A DNA stretch of 64,000 nt, taken from IMG/VR virus record IMGVR_UViG_3300017565_000003, one strand, 5' to 3'. Under the pieces are notes generated by a model. It was not told the origin of the DNA and did no database searches. It saw only the letters and a list, made by a program, of their open reading frames with translations. The DNA is from a virus. Positions 9,764 to 20,523 of the stretch are shown piece by piece. How positions within the stretch are numbered: position 1 is the first letter of the stretch; each line of letters opens with the position of its first letter. Both the position numbers and the translations under genes were made by a program.

Positions 9764-10786
9764 ATGGATGTTTATACACTTAAGAATTACATAATGAGTA
9801 AACCGGATTATATAGAGTTAATTCTCGAAAAAACTGGATTTTATTATATAGAGTATAACAAACGAAAAGGGGAATATAGATGCGCTAGAGAAGAAGGGAG
9901 GAACCCTACTTCTGTTAGAGTTGACAAACATACTTTATCTGCAACTTGTTTTTCAACTAACTTAAAAGGTGATCTAATCACTCTAGTTCAGGGTAAATTA
10001 AACACTTCTTTTCCTAAAACAATAAGGAAAATTGCTGATATTGTTGAGTTTAAAGATGTTGAAAAACAAGAGGAATATACACTACCGTTTGGTGGTTTTT
10101 ATAAGAAGATTGCTAAATTAAAAGATGATGACTATCTTGATGTTGAAACTTATTCTGACAATATCCTAGATCGTTTTGAAAAAATTCCTAATATGTTGTT
10201 CTATGAAGATGGTATCTTACCTCAAGTTCAACGAAGATATAACATTGGGTACGATTCAACTACAACTAGAATTAGTGTTCCCTGGTACAGTTTAGATGGA
10301 AGAATATGTGGAGTTATGGGGAGGTTGAATAAAAGGGAAGTGTCAGAAGATGAAACTAAATGGTTTCCGATAATTCCTTTTCCAAAATCAAAAACACTGT
10401 ACGGATTTATCGATAACTATAATTCCATTCAAGAAAAGTCTATTGTAATGATTGGTGAATCTGAAAAGCACAGTTTACAGCTATCAAGTAAAGGATTGAA
10501 TGTGGGTATTTCATTGGGTGGAAGTTTCATGAGTGAAGTTCAAGCGAATCACATTAAGTCACTGTTTCCAGAAAAGATAATTGTCATGATGGATGAAGGA
10601 CTTGAACAGGATCATAGCTACGAAATAGCAAAACAATTAAAGTCAGATAAATATTACAAGAATAAAGTAGGATACATATATGACAAAAACAATCTTTATC
10701 TACAAAAGGATAGTAAAATCGCTCCTGCTGACTTAGATAAGGATACATTACAGAGGTTAATTAGGGATTGTACAATTTGGATTTAA
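9764..10786 (+). CDS. DNA primase (YorJ-like, TOPRIM)
   Basis: RISVPW..GR, IGESEK, MDEG motifs; follows helicase. Confidence 0.8.
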   Translation: MDVYTLKNYIMSKPDYIELILEKTGFYYIEYNKRKGEYRCAREEGRNPTSVRVDKHTLSATCFSTNLKGDLITLVQGKLNTSFPKTIRKIADIVEFKDVEKQEEYTLPFGGFYKKIAKLKDDDYLDVETYSDNILDRFEKIPNMLFYEDGILPQVQRRYNIGYDSTTTRISVPWYSLDGRICGVMGRLNKREVSEDETKWFPIIPFPKSKTLYGFIDNYNSIQEKSIVMIGESEKHSLQLSSKGLNVGISLGGSFMSEVQANHIKSLFPEKIIVMMDEGLEQDHSYEIAKQLKSDKYYKNKVGYIYDKNNLYLQKDSKIAPADLDKDTLQRLIRDCTIWI

Positions 10787-10798
10787 GGAGATGATGGA

Positions 10799-11881
10799 TT
10801 GAGAGCTGAAGATAAATTACAGGAGTTAAAAGATGCTGGAATTAAAGTGTATTCATTTTCTAAATTAGGCTCATTCATTAATTGTGAATTTGAATATTAT
10901 AATAGCTACATTCTCAAGAATCGAGGTGTAGAAAATGTCTATACGTTATTGGGAAGTTGTATACATAATAATTTAGAGGATATTTACAGTGGAAGTGGAG
11001 ATAAATCATCTTTTAAAACTAACTATACAGATAAATTAATCGAATTAGAAATGTCGGGAATTACCTTTCCCAATGATAAGATAGGTGACAGTTATAAAGC
11101 TGATGTACTTCATTTTGTTGAAAACTTTAACAAACTTAATACTAAAATGATACAGGAGCAATTGATCGTTTTTGAAATAGCAGATGGAATATGGATGCAA
11201 GGTTATATTGATGCAATTATTCCAAGTGAAAAAGGTAATCCATTCGTTAATATCATTGACTGGAAAACATCGAGTAAATTCTCAGGTAAAAAGTTAAATG
11301 AAGCAGGAAGACAGTTATTAATGTATAAGATTGGCCTTGAAGCAACTACAAATAAGAAAGTGGATAAAGTCATGTGGTGTATGGTTAAATACATCAATGT
11401 TTGTAGTATGCAAAAGAACGGTAAAGTTAAAAAGAAAATGTGTAATCGTGGAAAATGGGTTAAAGAACTTACAAAGCAATTGGAAAAAGATTTACATACA
11501 TTGAGTATAGATGAATTTGAACTTGAGTTATTACTAGACAAAGCAATTAGTGATAACAATCTCGAATCTTTACCAAAAGAAATTCAAGATAAATACTGGT
11601 TGGAAGATTGTTATGTGGAATATGAGATTACTGATGAGAAAGTTGAAGAATTCAAAAAGCATGTAGTTGATACTGTCAATGAAATCGAAAATAAGGATAA
11701 AGAAAATGAAGATGTTTGGGAAGCTGTTGAAATAAGTAAATTTAACTCATTTTATTGCAGCACTCTATGTGGTCATCGAAAAACGTGTAAACATTACAAA
11801 AAGTTTCTTGAAGAAAATGCCGATGGATTTGATAAAAAGGACAAGAAAAATGAAATTGACTTTGATGACTTGTTTAAATAA
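10799..11881 (+). CDS. PD-(D/E)XK exonuclease, Cas4/AddB-like with 4-Cys staple
   Basis: SFSK..C; GYIDA..IIDWKTS; QLLMY; C-terminal C-x3-C-x5-C. Confidence 0.8.
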   Translation: MRAEDKLQELKDAGIKVYSFSKLGSFINCEFEYYNSYILKNRGVENVYTLLGSCIHNNLEDIYSGSGDKSSFKTNYTDKLIELEMSGITFPNDKIGDSYKADVLHFVENFNKLNTKMIQEQLIVFEIADGIWMQGYIDAIIPSEKGNPFVNIIDWKTSSKFSGKKLNEAGRQLLMYKIGLEATTNKKVDKVMWCMVKYINVCSMQKNGKVKKKMCNRGKWVKELTKQLEKDLHTLSIDEFELELLLDKAISDNNLESLPKEIQDKYWLEDCYVEYEITDEKVEEFKKHVVDTVNEIENKDKENEDVWEAVEISKFNSFYCSTLCGHRKTCKHYKKFLEENADGFDKKDKKNEIDFDDLFK

Positions 11882-11913
11882 TAAGTGAATTATACATAAA
11901 TTGAGGTGATGAT

Positions 11914-12444
11914 GTGGAGGAGATTTGGAAAGACATTGAAGGATATGAAGGTCTTTATCAGGTTAGTAATTTTGGCAGGGTTAAATCATTGAATAGAATC
12001 ATTGATAAATACCATCATGTAAAAGAAAGAATATTAAAACATCAAATTGACAGAAAAGGTTATCATACTCTTATGCTATCAAAAGATAATAAACAAAAAA
12101 GGTATGAAATACATAGATTGTTTGGGTTGACATTTATTTCTCAAGAATGTGAATGTTTCAATCATAAAGATGGTAATAAAGATGACAATAGTGTTAGTAA
12201 TTTAGATGCAGCAACTTTTTCAGAAAACATCAATCATGCTGTTGATATATTAAAAAATCATGGAAGAGCATTATGTGTAACTATAGAAGACAAAGAAGGT
12301 AAGAAGTTTGAATTCGGATCTATGAGTAAGGCTGAAAAATTCTTAAATAAGAGTTCACATTGGTTAAAATGGAGACGAAATAAATATGGTAACAAGTTTG
12401 TATATGAAGATTTTAAAATAGAAATAAAGGGGAAGTCTTCGTGA
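11914..12444 (+). CDS. NUMOD4-HNH homing endonuclease
   Basis: EIWKDIEGYEGLYQVSNFGRVKS; HRL..NHKDGNKDDN..NL. Confidence 0.9.
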   Translation: MEEIWKDIEGYEGLYQVSNFGRVKSLNRIIDKYHHVKERILKHQIDRKGYHTLMLSKDNKQKRYEIHRLFGLTFISQECECFNHKDGNKDDNSVSNLDAATFSENINHAVDILKNHGRALCVTIEDKEGKKFEFGSMSKAEKFLNKSSHWLKWRRNKYGNKFVYEDFKIEIKGKSS

Positions 12445-14225
12445 GAAAAATATTTTATGATTTCGAGGTTCTTTCAAATCTTAAAACTGCTACTGGTCAA
12501 TCTTTTTGGCTAGTAGTGTTAATTGACTATGATAGTGGTAAAGGTAAGGTAATTGAAAATGATTTAGACATGTTAAAAAAATACTACAATCTTTTTAAAA
12601 ATGATGTATTCATTGGATACAATAGTAGACAATATGATCAATATATTTTTAAAGGATTACTATTGGGAATGGACGCAGGTTATATTAATGATAGGCTAAT
12701 AGTAGATGGAATCAAAGGTCACAATATTGTAAAAGATGCTTGGAAAATTCCTTTTAATAATTTCGATGTAACTACTGGTTTTCATAGTTTAAAACAATTG
12801 GAAGGATTTTTAGCAAGTAGAATTAAAGAATCGTCAGTGCCTTTTACCATAGATAGATCATTAACAGACCAGGAGATGCAAGAAATTACAGACTACTGTA
12901 TATACGATGTAAAACAAACAATTGAAGTTTTTGACAATAGAAAAGAAGAATACGAGAGTCAATTATCTTTATTAAATGCTTTTAATTTGGATATGAAGTA
13001 TTTCAATAAAACTAAAGCTCAATTATCGGCACATATTCTTGGAGCAGAAAAGCATCCAAATAGGGGAGATGAATTTGATTTTAGTTTCCCTGATACTTTG
13101 AGGGTTTCAGAAAAATATAAGCATATTGTAGATTGGTACAAAGATCCTGAAAATAGAGACTACAGCAAAAAGTTAAAAGTAGATGTAGCAGGAGTTCCAC
13201 ATGTCTTTGCCTTTGGAGGAATTCACGGTGCTCTACCTAAATATAAAGACGAAGGAATCATTCTATGCTGCGATGTAGCTTCATTATATCCTTCTTTAAT
13301 GATTGAGTATGGATACATTAGTAGAAATGTAAGAGATCCTTTGAAATACACTCAAATTAGGGATACACGTTTAGAGTTAAAACGTAAAAAAGACCCTACG
13401 CAATTACCTTACAAAATCGTACTTAACGCAACGTATGGGGCTATGAAAGATCAATATAACCCTTTGTATGATCCATTGATGGCCAACAATGTTTGTTTAG
13501 CTGGTCAGTTGTTATTACTTGACTTGATTGAAAAAATTGAGCCATATTGTAAACTAATTCAATCAAATACAGATGGAGTTTTCATGAAGGTTGAAAAAGA
13601 ATCTGATATTGATGTTATTAAAGAAGTTGCTAAGGAATGGGAACAGAGAACACGTTTAGATTTAGAATGGGAAGTTTTTGATAAGATCTATCAGAAAGAT
13701 GTAAATAACTATGTAATTATTGATAAAGATGGTAAGTACAAATCTAAAGGCGCTTATGTTAAGAAGCTAAACAACCTTGATTATGATCTACCTATTGTCA
13801 ATAAAGCACTGATTAACTACTTCACAAAGGATATTCCGGTTGCTAATACAATTAACGAATGTGATGAATTAAGAGATTTTCAAAAAATTGTTAAAGTATC
13901 AAGTAAATATAAACATGCATTACATGGTGAAAAGAAGTTACCTGAAAAAGTATTACGTGTGTTTGCTTCCAAGGATGAAAATGCACCAGGAGTATTTAAG
14001 GTTAAATGGAAAGTGAAAGATGGAATTGAACAGGATGTAGCTGAGAAAATAGGAAATACGCCTGAACGCTGCTTCATTAACAACGACAATATTAAAGGGA
14101 CAAAGGTTCCCGATGAATTAGATAAGGAATATTATATAGAGATGGCACAGAAGAGGTTAAATGATTTCTTAGGAATCTCCAATAGAAAGAAAAAGAAGTC
14201 TAAAAAAGATGAGGAAAAAGCTTAA
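12441..14225 (+). CDS. family B DNA polymerase with 3'-5' exonuclease
   Basis: FYDFE/GYN..YD exonuclease motifs; DVASLYPS, K-x3-N-x2-YG, NTDG. Confidence 0.9.
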   Translation: MRKIFYDFEVLSNLKTATGQSFWLVVLIDYDSGKGKVIENDLDMLKKYYNLFKNDVFIGYNSRQYDQYIFKGLLLGMDAGYINDRLIVDGIKGHNIVKDAWKIPFNNFDVTTGFHSLKQLEGFLASRIKESSVPFTIDRSLTDQEMQEITDYCIYDVKQTIEVFDNRKEEYESQLSLLNAFNLDMKYFNKTKAQLSAHILGAEKHPNRGDEFDFSFPDTLRVSEKYKHIVDWYKDPENRDYSKKLKVDVAGVPHVFAFGGIHGALPKYKDEGIILCCDVASLYPSLMIEYGYISRNVRDPLKYTQIRDTRLELKRKKDPTQLPYKIVLNATYGAMKDQYNPLYDPLMANNVCLAGQLLLLDLIEKIEPYCKLIQSNTDGVFMKVEKESDIDVIKEVAKEWEQRTRLDLEWEVFDKIYQKDVNNYVIIDKDGKYKSKGAYVKKLNNLDYDLPIVNKALINYFTKDIPVANTINECDELRDFQKIVKVSSKYKHALHGEKKLPEKVLRVFASKDENAPGVFKVKWKVKDGIEQDVAEKIGNTPERCFINNDNIKGTKVPDELDKEYYIEMAQKRLNDFLGISNRKKKKSKKDEEKA

Positions 14226-14232
14226 ATACTCC

Positions 14233-14277
14233 TTTACATAATTGTCCATTCAGAATATAATAAAGATAAATTTATCT
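14233..14277 (+). promoter_or_regulatory. sigma-A promoter plus operator
   Basis: TTTACA-17bp-TATAAT; AGATAAATTTATCT at 14264-14277. Confidence 0.85.
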
Positions 14278-14302
14278 ATTATAAATACAAAGGAGTGATC
14301 TT

Positions 14303-14995
14303 ATCAAGTTAAACAATAAAGATAAACTAATCATACTTATAATATTCGTAAATATAGTCGTAGCAGCATACATACTAACAAATTTACTACAGTCAGATTC
14401 AAAAATTGACGAAAATGAGCAAGAAAATGAAGTCTCAATAAAAGAGAAAATTTATTTAGAGTTAAACGGATGGCTTATAGAACCTTATGAGCCATCTCCA
14501 ATCAATAATCTAAGAAAAGGTCAACAATTAGCATTACAGAACACATTAGATAAATACAAAGCAGCTAGACAAAAACAGGATAGATTAGCAGAGTTAGAAA
14601 GACAAAGGAAACTAGAAGAAGAAAGAAAAAGGAAGGAGGCGGAGAAACGTGAAAAAGCGAAACAAGTTAGCAGGAGTAATCAGAAAGAACGTCAAAGAAT
14701 TAATGCTGTCGTTACCAGTTATACAAATGGCGTAGAGTCAACAGGGAAATCACCTGGTCATCCTGCATATGGAATTACTGCAAGTGGACGAAAAACAGAG
14801 AGAGGTGTAACAGTCGCTTGTCCTCCTTACATTGAACTTGGAACATGGGTAGTTATTGAGAATGTAGGAAAACGAAGATGCGATGATCGTGGAAGCGATA
14901 TTATAGGAAATAGATTTGATGTCTATATGAAGTATTTAGATAATGCTATTAATTTCGGAAGACAAGAACTAGAAGTGATTATACTGGAGGGATGA
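14303..14995 (+). CDS. YorM-like 3D-domain cell-wall protein, ATC start, not in ORF track
   Basis: RBS AAGGAGTGA; 230 open codons; TM anchor, coiled coil, GITASG..DDRG..RFDVY. Confidence 0.85.
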   Translation: MKLNNKDKLIILIIFVNIVVAAYILTNLLQSDSKIDENEQENEVSIKEKIYLELNGWLIEPYEPSPINNLRKGQQLALQNTLDKYKAARQKQDRLAELERQRKLEEERKRKEAEKREKAKQVSRSNQKERQRINAVVTSYTNGVESTGKSPGHPAYGITASGRKTERGVTVACPPYIELGTWVVIENVGKRRCDDRGSDIIGNRFDVYMKYLDNAINFGRQELEVIILEG

Positions 14996-14996
14996 G

Positions 14997-16085
14997 ATGG
15001 GAACCAAGTTAACTTATGAAAGTGTTAAAAGCTATATAGAATCATTTGGGTATAAACTATTATCAGAAGAATATGTAAATTCAAGTGTTAAATTAACCGT
15101 TGAGTGCAATATAGGGCATGAATATAATGTATCGTGGGGCAAGTTCCAATCAGGTAGAAGATGTCCATATTGTTCTAATAGGGTCAAAACAACTAAAGAA
15201 GAGGTTATAAGCAATTTACAGTCTGAAGGCTATAAATTAAAAAGCGAAGAGTATGTAAACAGCAACATTCCAATTTTGATAGAATGTTCAAACGGACATG
15301 AATGGAAAGTTACATATCAAAAGTTTAAACAGGGTAGAAGATGTCCAAGGTGTACAGGTAGATATAGAGAGTATACTGGTCATATTAAATGGAACATCGA
15401 TTTGGTTAAAGCTGAAATTGAGAAAAATAATTATCAGATGATTTCCACTGAATATAAAAACTCAGATTCTCGAATAGAGATGATTTGTGACAAGGGTCAT
15501 GAGATTGAGATAAGATGGGGTCATTTTGCCAGAGGTGTAAGATGTAAACAATGTAGATCGGAAGAACATGCTTATTTTCAAAAACATACTGATGACGAGG
15601 TAGATCAAATTCTCGGTGATATTGGCTATAAGCGACTCTCTGAATATAAGAATAATCATTCTAAACTCAAAGTTAAATGTAATAATGGACATGAGTCAGA
15701 AATGCTTCTTAGCAACATTAAATCAGGCGTAAGATGTAAGTATTGTAGATACTCAAAAGGTGAAAAGAAAATTATTGATTACCTAGATGAGCAGCATATA
15801 AATTACGATAGAGAATACAGAGTGTTTAACGAGGAACTTGATACTCATATGGTATTTGATTTCGTTATTTTTAATAAAGATGGAGAATCCACAAGATACA
15901 TAGAATACGATGGAATTCAGCACTTTGAGGAAAGAGATTTTTTCAGAGAGAGTTTACAAACAATTCAACAAAGAGATAGGATAAAAGATAATTATTGTTC
16001 TAGCATGAATATACCACTTCTAAGAATTCCATATACGAAGTATAATAATGTTGAGGAAGAACTAAATAAATTTATATATAAGTAA
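14997..16085 (+). CDS. free-standing endonuclease: 4 Zn-ribbon repeats + Vsr/DUF559-like domain
   Basis: C-x2-GH...GxRCxxC x4; SKGEK..FDF..IEYDGIQH. Confidence 0.75.
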   Translation: MGTKLTYESVKSYIESFGYKLLSEEYVNSSVKLTVECNIGHEYNVSWGKFQSGRRCPYCSNRVKTTKEEVISNLQSEGYKLKSEEYVNSNIPILIECSNGHEWKVTYQKFKQGRRCPRCTGRYREYTGHIKWNIDLVKAEIEKNNYQMISTEYKNSDSRIEMICDKGHEIEIRWGHFARGVRCKQCRSEEHAYFQKHTDDEVDQILGDIGYKRLSEYKNNHSKLKVKCNNGHESEMLLSNIKSGVRCKYCRYSKGEKKIIDYLDEQHINYDREYRVFNEELDTHMVFDFVIFNKDGESTRYIEYDGIQHFEERDFFRESLQTIQQRDRIKDNYCSSMNIPLLRIPYTKYNNVEEELNKFIYK

Positions 16086-16119
16086 ATTTAATATAAATTC
16101 TAAGGGAGGGTAGAGGCTA

Positions 16120-16317
16120 ATGCCTAAATACTTTACATACGACTTACAAACAAGAGTTAAAGTAAATGATCATGCAATAAAAGGAATGCCTTCTGACGTA
16201 GATAAGGAAGGTGTGATAATCGAACATTTAGACTCCTGGCAATACGATTATTTAGTACTGTTAGACAATGGCTCACTTGGAACATTTAGAGAAATCGAAT
16301 TAAATAAACTTAACTAA
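16120..16317 (+). CDS. yorP: YorP-like protein
   Basis: MPKY...G.IIEHL.S..YDY.V resembles SPbeta YorP; syntenic. Confidence 0.65.
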   Translation: MPKYFTYDLQTRVKVNDHAIKGMPSDVDKEGVIIEHLDSWQYDYLVLLDNGSLGTFREIELNKLN

Positions 16318-16330
16318 TGAGGTGGGCAAA

Positions 16331-16486
16331 GTGTTTACTGTAGGTGAGAAAGTTCAGCTAATACATACCGGAGAACCAGGAAAAGTATTAATGATTGATC
16401 ATCAACATGAACAAGTAGAAGTTGAGTTTGAAGATAATAGCTGTGCAGTTTATAAAATTAATCAGATTGAGAAGGTGGATAAATGA
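16331..16486 (+). CDS. small YorQ-like protein, not in ORF track
   Basis: RBS GAGGTG, GTG start, VFTVGEKVQLIHTGEPG. Confidence 0.55.
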   Translation: MFTVGEKVQLIHTGEPGKVLMIDHQHEQVEVEFEDNSCAVYKINQIEKVDK

Positions 16487-16989
16487 CAGTTTACATATTA
16501 GAAGGTAATGAGTGTAATTTTAAAACAACAGTAGCAGAAAAGTTAAGTAAACAAATGAGCATTCCAGTTGTTAAAGGATCTTCATTTGAATTATCACAGT
16601 GTAGTAATGAAGCATTGTTTGAACACTTTAAGCAAATGGCTCAATTAGACAATGTGATTATTGACAGATTTATCTATAGTAATCGTGTTTATGCAACTTT
16701 ATATGAAGACTTTGCAATCTTAACAGATGGGCAGCGTAAAGAAATTGAGGATATATTGAAAGGTAAAACAACTGTAGCATACCTATTCGCAGATGGAGAA
16801 GTTATTAAAGAGCGAATTAGCGAGCGTGGAGATGATTATGTTGATGTCTCTATGGTTGAAAAGATAAATTATACATACATTGGAACTATGTTGGATTCTA
16901 CCTTAAAAGTAGTTTCCTATGATACAGAGGAATGGAATAGTTCAGCAATCGCAGAGGATTTAGCAGATAGATATGAACAAAACGATTGA
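16483..16989 (+). CDS. nucleoside/nucleotide kinase (YorR-like)
   Basis: ILEGNECNFKTT P-loop; IIDRFIYS..VY. Confidence 0.8.
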   Translation: MTVYILEGNECNFKTTVAEKLSKQMSIPVVKGSSFELSQCSNEALFEHFKQMAQLDNVIIDRFIYSNRVYATLYEDFAILTDGQRKEIEDILKGKTTVAYLFADGEVIKERISERGDDYVDVSMVEKINYTYIGTMLDSTLKVVSYDTEEWNSSAIAEDLADRYEQND

Positions 16990-17194
16990 AAATGTTGAAG
17001 GATTAATTAGAGTTTTTGGAGATAAGATCAAGACAGACAATCACCTACTTCTATTGTATTGGTTACATGTAGACGAAGTGGAGATGGATAAAGAAACCAT
17101 TTCCACTAAGGACTTCTTACAAAATGCAACTAATCCGGCTGATATTATTAATGCGAAAATTATGTTGGATTGTACCAGAGGAGTAATTAAATGA
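16973..17194 (+). CDS. hypothetical protein
   Basis: 73-aa ORF overlapping the kinase stop. Confidence 0.5.
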   Translation: MNKTIENVEGLIRVFGDKIKTDNHLLLLYWLHVDEVEMDKETISTKDFLQNATNPADIINAKIMLDCTRGVIK

Positions 17195-17369
17195 GTTTAC
17201 TAATAGGAGTTATTATTGGAATAGTTTTACGAATGGTATTTGATTGCATAATATCTATGTATAAACATTCAAAAATTAACTAAATATACATTAATTATAC
17301 ATATATTATGAATAAATATACACTAATTTCAACATAAAATGATTGTTTTAAAGAGAGGAGAGAGAATAA

Positions 17370-17708
17370 ATGTCTGAAATAAGATGTAACAAAGTTTCAG
17401 TAATTGTCTACACAGAGAATCCTAAAGAAAGACAAAAGTATTTTAATTTATTCAAATTTATTTTTCAAGGTCAAATAACCAAAGAAATACAATCATCAGA
17501 TAGAAAAGAGTTTGAGACTTATAGATTCAGATTTAGATTTTATCCTAAACTCCAAAGTGCTAGAGGATATAAAGCACATTACGTCTTGAATCTAACACAA
17601 GATATTGAATTTCATCAGTGTGTAGCTTTACCAAATACAAGTATGTTTGACTCATTAAAACGTGATAAACAGTGGCAAGAATTATTTGAAGATATGGGGG
17701 AGTTGTAA
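17370..17708 (+). CDS. hypothetical protein
   Basis: RBS GAGGAG; follows junction site at 17334. Confidence 0.6.
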   Translation: MSEIRCNKVSVIVYTENPKERQKYFNLFKFIFQGQITKEIQSSDRKEFETYRFRFRFYPKLQSARGYKAHYVLNLTQDIEFHQCVALPNTSMFDSLKRDKQWQELFEDMGEL

Positions 17709-18020
17709 GAATGAATTGTGATGAATGTAACTGTTTCACTGAATATTGGACAGAAGAAGATGATGGTAATTTATGTCCTAAATGTTATGCTGATTTAGTT
17801 GGGTTGAGCGTAGAGGAAGTTTGGAGGTGTGTGTAATAAATGTCAATGCTTGATGCTAATGATTGTCAATTGGGCGAAATTTATAAGGATGTAAATTCTG
17901 AAATGAGATTTATTGTAGTTTTAAGAGATGGTAGTAAATGTTTTCAAGTTTTAGGGGAAGAAGATACCTATACAACTCAATTAAATCCTAAATATCATAT
18001 AAGAATACAGGGGGAAATAA

Positions 18021-18548
18021 ATGAAAATCGAAAGAAAATGGTCTATGCCTAACAGCAGAACATTTAAAATTAAACCTATACATGAATTAATCAAAGGTGA
18101 ATTAATTGAAGGTGTAATTCTTGATCCATTCGCAAATGAAATGTCAATAAAGGAATTAATGACTGACAAACACAAATACATAACCAATGATTTAGATGAA
18201 CAATATGACACAGATTATCACATGGACGCTTTAGAATTCTTGCAGCAATTTGAAGATAATTCAGTTGATATGATACTTTATGATCCACCTTATTCACCTA
18301 GACAAGTAAGTGAATGTTACAAGAATCTAGGTAGAACAGTAAATATGCAAACGACTCAGGCATCTTATTGGGGTAATCAGAAAAAAGAGATTGCTAGAAT
18401 AGTAAAGTCTGGAGGTAAAGTGATTACGTTTGGTTGGAATAGTGGCGGTATTGGTAAGAAGAATGGATTTGAAATACATAAAATATTAATGGTTGCTCAT
18501 GGTGGATGGCATAACGATACGATTTGTACGGTTGAAATTAAAAAGTAA
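18021..18548 (+). CDS. small N6A/N4C DNA methyltransferase-like protein
   Basis: ILDPFA motif I; YDPPY motif IV. Confidence 0.75.
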   Translation: MKIERKWSMPNSRTFKIKPIHELIKGELIEGVILDPFANEMSIKELMTDKHKYITNDLDEQYDTDYHMDALEFLQQFEDNSVDMILYDPPYSPRQVSECYKNLGRTVNMQTTQASYWGNQKKEIARIVKSGGKVITFGWNSGGIGKKNGFEIHKILMVAHGGWHNDTICTVEIKK

Positions 18549-18605
18549 ATTATACATAACTAAATAAAATAATCGTTTCATTAAAACTTTAAAAGGAGAG
18601 ATTAA

Positions 18606-19628
18606 ATGAATAATAGAATTAAGTTTGCATCACTTTTCACGGGCATCGGTGCACCAGAAAAAGCCTTTAAAGAATTAGGGATTGAATTGGAACATGTTGG
18701 CTTTTGTGAAAATCATGAAGAAACATCAAAGGCCTTCAGCTTTATACATAATTTAGATGAATCTTTAAACTTAGGTGATGTCACTGCAATAGACTGGGAT
18801 AGTGTTCCAGACTTTGATCTACTTTGGTATTCACCACCTTGCCAGTCATTTTCTAGACAGGGTAAAGAGTTAGGCATGGAAGATGAACGAGGAATACTAT
18901 TCTTCGATGCATTAAAAGGAATTAAAGCGAAACGGCCTAAAATTGCAATCATGGAAAATGTCGATAATTTAGCAGGTAAAAAATTTAAAGATGAATTTAA
19001 CATTATGTTAGAGAGACTAGAAGAGTTAGATTATACGAACTATCATAAAGTGTTAAACGCATCTGACTATAACGTTGCTCAAAATAGAAAGAGAATATTC
19101 ATAATTAGCATAAGAAATGATCTCGATATCACATATGAATTTCCAAAAGCTTTACCGTTAACAAATTCATTATCTGATTACCTAGAAAAAGATGCAGAAC
19201 CGACAATTTTACATAATATATACGGTGGATTTAAAGAGAAGTGTGCTAGGGTGTTTAAGAAACATTCACCGACGATTAGAACTGCTGCAGGTGGAGGACA
19301 TATACCGAGTGTTGTTTTAAAGGATAGCAAAAGAATAATCAAAGAAAACAAATTAAATAAGCAAAATAAATTATTTTACATAGAAAAAGACGAATTCTTA
19401 ATTGAGGATGATAAGTATTACTTAGAAAAAGAAGGTGTTCAAGAAGGGAGAGACTATGTTGTAAGTCGCCAAATGACACCGAGAGAAACATTTAGGCTAC
19501 AGGGCTTTTCAGATGAAGACTTTGATAAAGTAAAAGATCATTTTAAAGACACTTTACTGTATAGAATGTCAGGGAATAGTATCCCTGTGCCAATGCTAAA
19601 GGAATTATTAAAACCTTTATTTAAATAA
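18606..19628 (+). CDS. C5-cytosine DNA methyltransferase
   Basis: FTGIG, SPPCQSFS, ENV, QNRKR, SGNS motifs. Confidence 0.93.
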   Translation: MNNRIKFASLFTGIGAPEKAFKELGIELEHVGFCENHEETSKAFSFIHNLDESLNLGDVTAIDWDSVPDFDLLWYSPPCQSFSRQGKELGMEDERGILFFDALKGIKAKRPKIAIMENVDNLAGKKFKDEFNIMLERLEELDYTNYHKVLNASDYNVAQNRKRIFIISIRNDLDITYEFPKALPLTNSLSDYLEKDAEPTILHNIYGGFKEKCARVFKKHSPTIRTAAGGGHIPSVVLKDSKRIIKENKLNKQNKLFYIEKDEFLIEDDKYYLEKEGVQEGRDYVVSRQMTPRETFRLQGFSDEDFDKVKDHFKDTLLYRMSGNSIPVPMLKELLKPLFK

Positions 19629-19692
19629 ATTATACATAATATAAATAAAATGTTTCTATTAAACAGTGTCAAATAAATTAAGAGGTGATCGA

Positions 19693-20523
19693 TTGAAAAA
19701 GTTAGAAAGTCCGTGTGCTTATCAGGGTGGAAAACAACGATTAGCAAAACAGATAACAGATATTATATTTAAGGAAAATAGCATTAATGCCGAAACTAAG
19801 TTTTATGATTTATGTTGTGGTAGTGGAGCTATGTCAATTGAGTTAATTAGAAGGGGGATAAAGCCAAGTAATATAACAATGTTAGATGCTAGTCCTTGGG
19901 GATTATTTTGGAGTCAAATTGGGTCAATGGATTTTAGCATTAGTAGATTTGTAGATTACATAAATGATATTCCGAAAGATGTTTCTAAAATACAATCACA
20001 TATAAAAGATTTATATAAGCAACCTGCCAATATTGATACTGTTTATAAGTTTTTATTACTACAAGCATCTAGTTTTGGATCAAAAGCAATATGGCTCAAA
20101 AGTGAAACCGAATGGGCTACATCTAGTTTTAGAAGCTATTGGTTGCCAACCGAAACATCTAAAAGAAGAAGTCCGGTTAATCCAATGATGCCAATGCCTA
20201 ATACACTTTTGGAAAGAGTGAGGAACATCAGCTTTCAAATGGCAGGAATAAATGGAATACATAGCAATATAGAACTATTTGATAAATTTAATGATAATTC
20301 AATCATATACATAGATCCACCATACTTAAATACATCTGGATATGGGTATACATTTGATTTAAATAATTACATAAATAAATTAAATAAAAGGATATACATA
20401 AGTGAAGGTTATAAGTTTACTGAAGGTGCATATTTGATGAGTGGTAAACGTGATAAAGGTGGCATTAACGGTAATAGAAAATCATCAAATGAGGAGTGGT
20501 TAAATGTCTATGAAAGAGTATGA
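19693..20523 (+). CDS. Dam-like (D12 class) adenine methyltransferase
   Basis: YQGGK, DLCCGSG, YIDPPY. Confidence 0.85.
   Translation: MKKLESPCAYQGGKQRLAKQITDIIFKENSINAETKFYDLCCGSGAMSIELIRRGIKPSNITMLDASPWGLFWSQIGSMDFSISRFVDYINDIPKDVSKIQSHIKDLYKQPANIDTVYKFLLLQASSFGSKAIWLKSETEWATSSFRSYWLPTETSKRRSPVNPMMPMPNTLLERVRNISFQMAGINGIHSNIELFDKFNDNSIIYIDPPYLNTSGYGYTFDLNNYINKLNKRIYISEGYKFTEGAYLMSGKRDKGGINGNRKSSNEEWLNVYERV

Noticed and set aside
10799-11881. Cas4 implying a CRISPR locus
   Set aside because: No other cas genes and no repeat-spacer array seen; the context is replication
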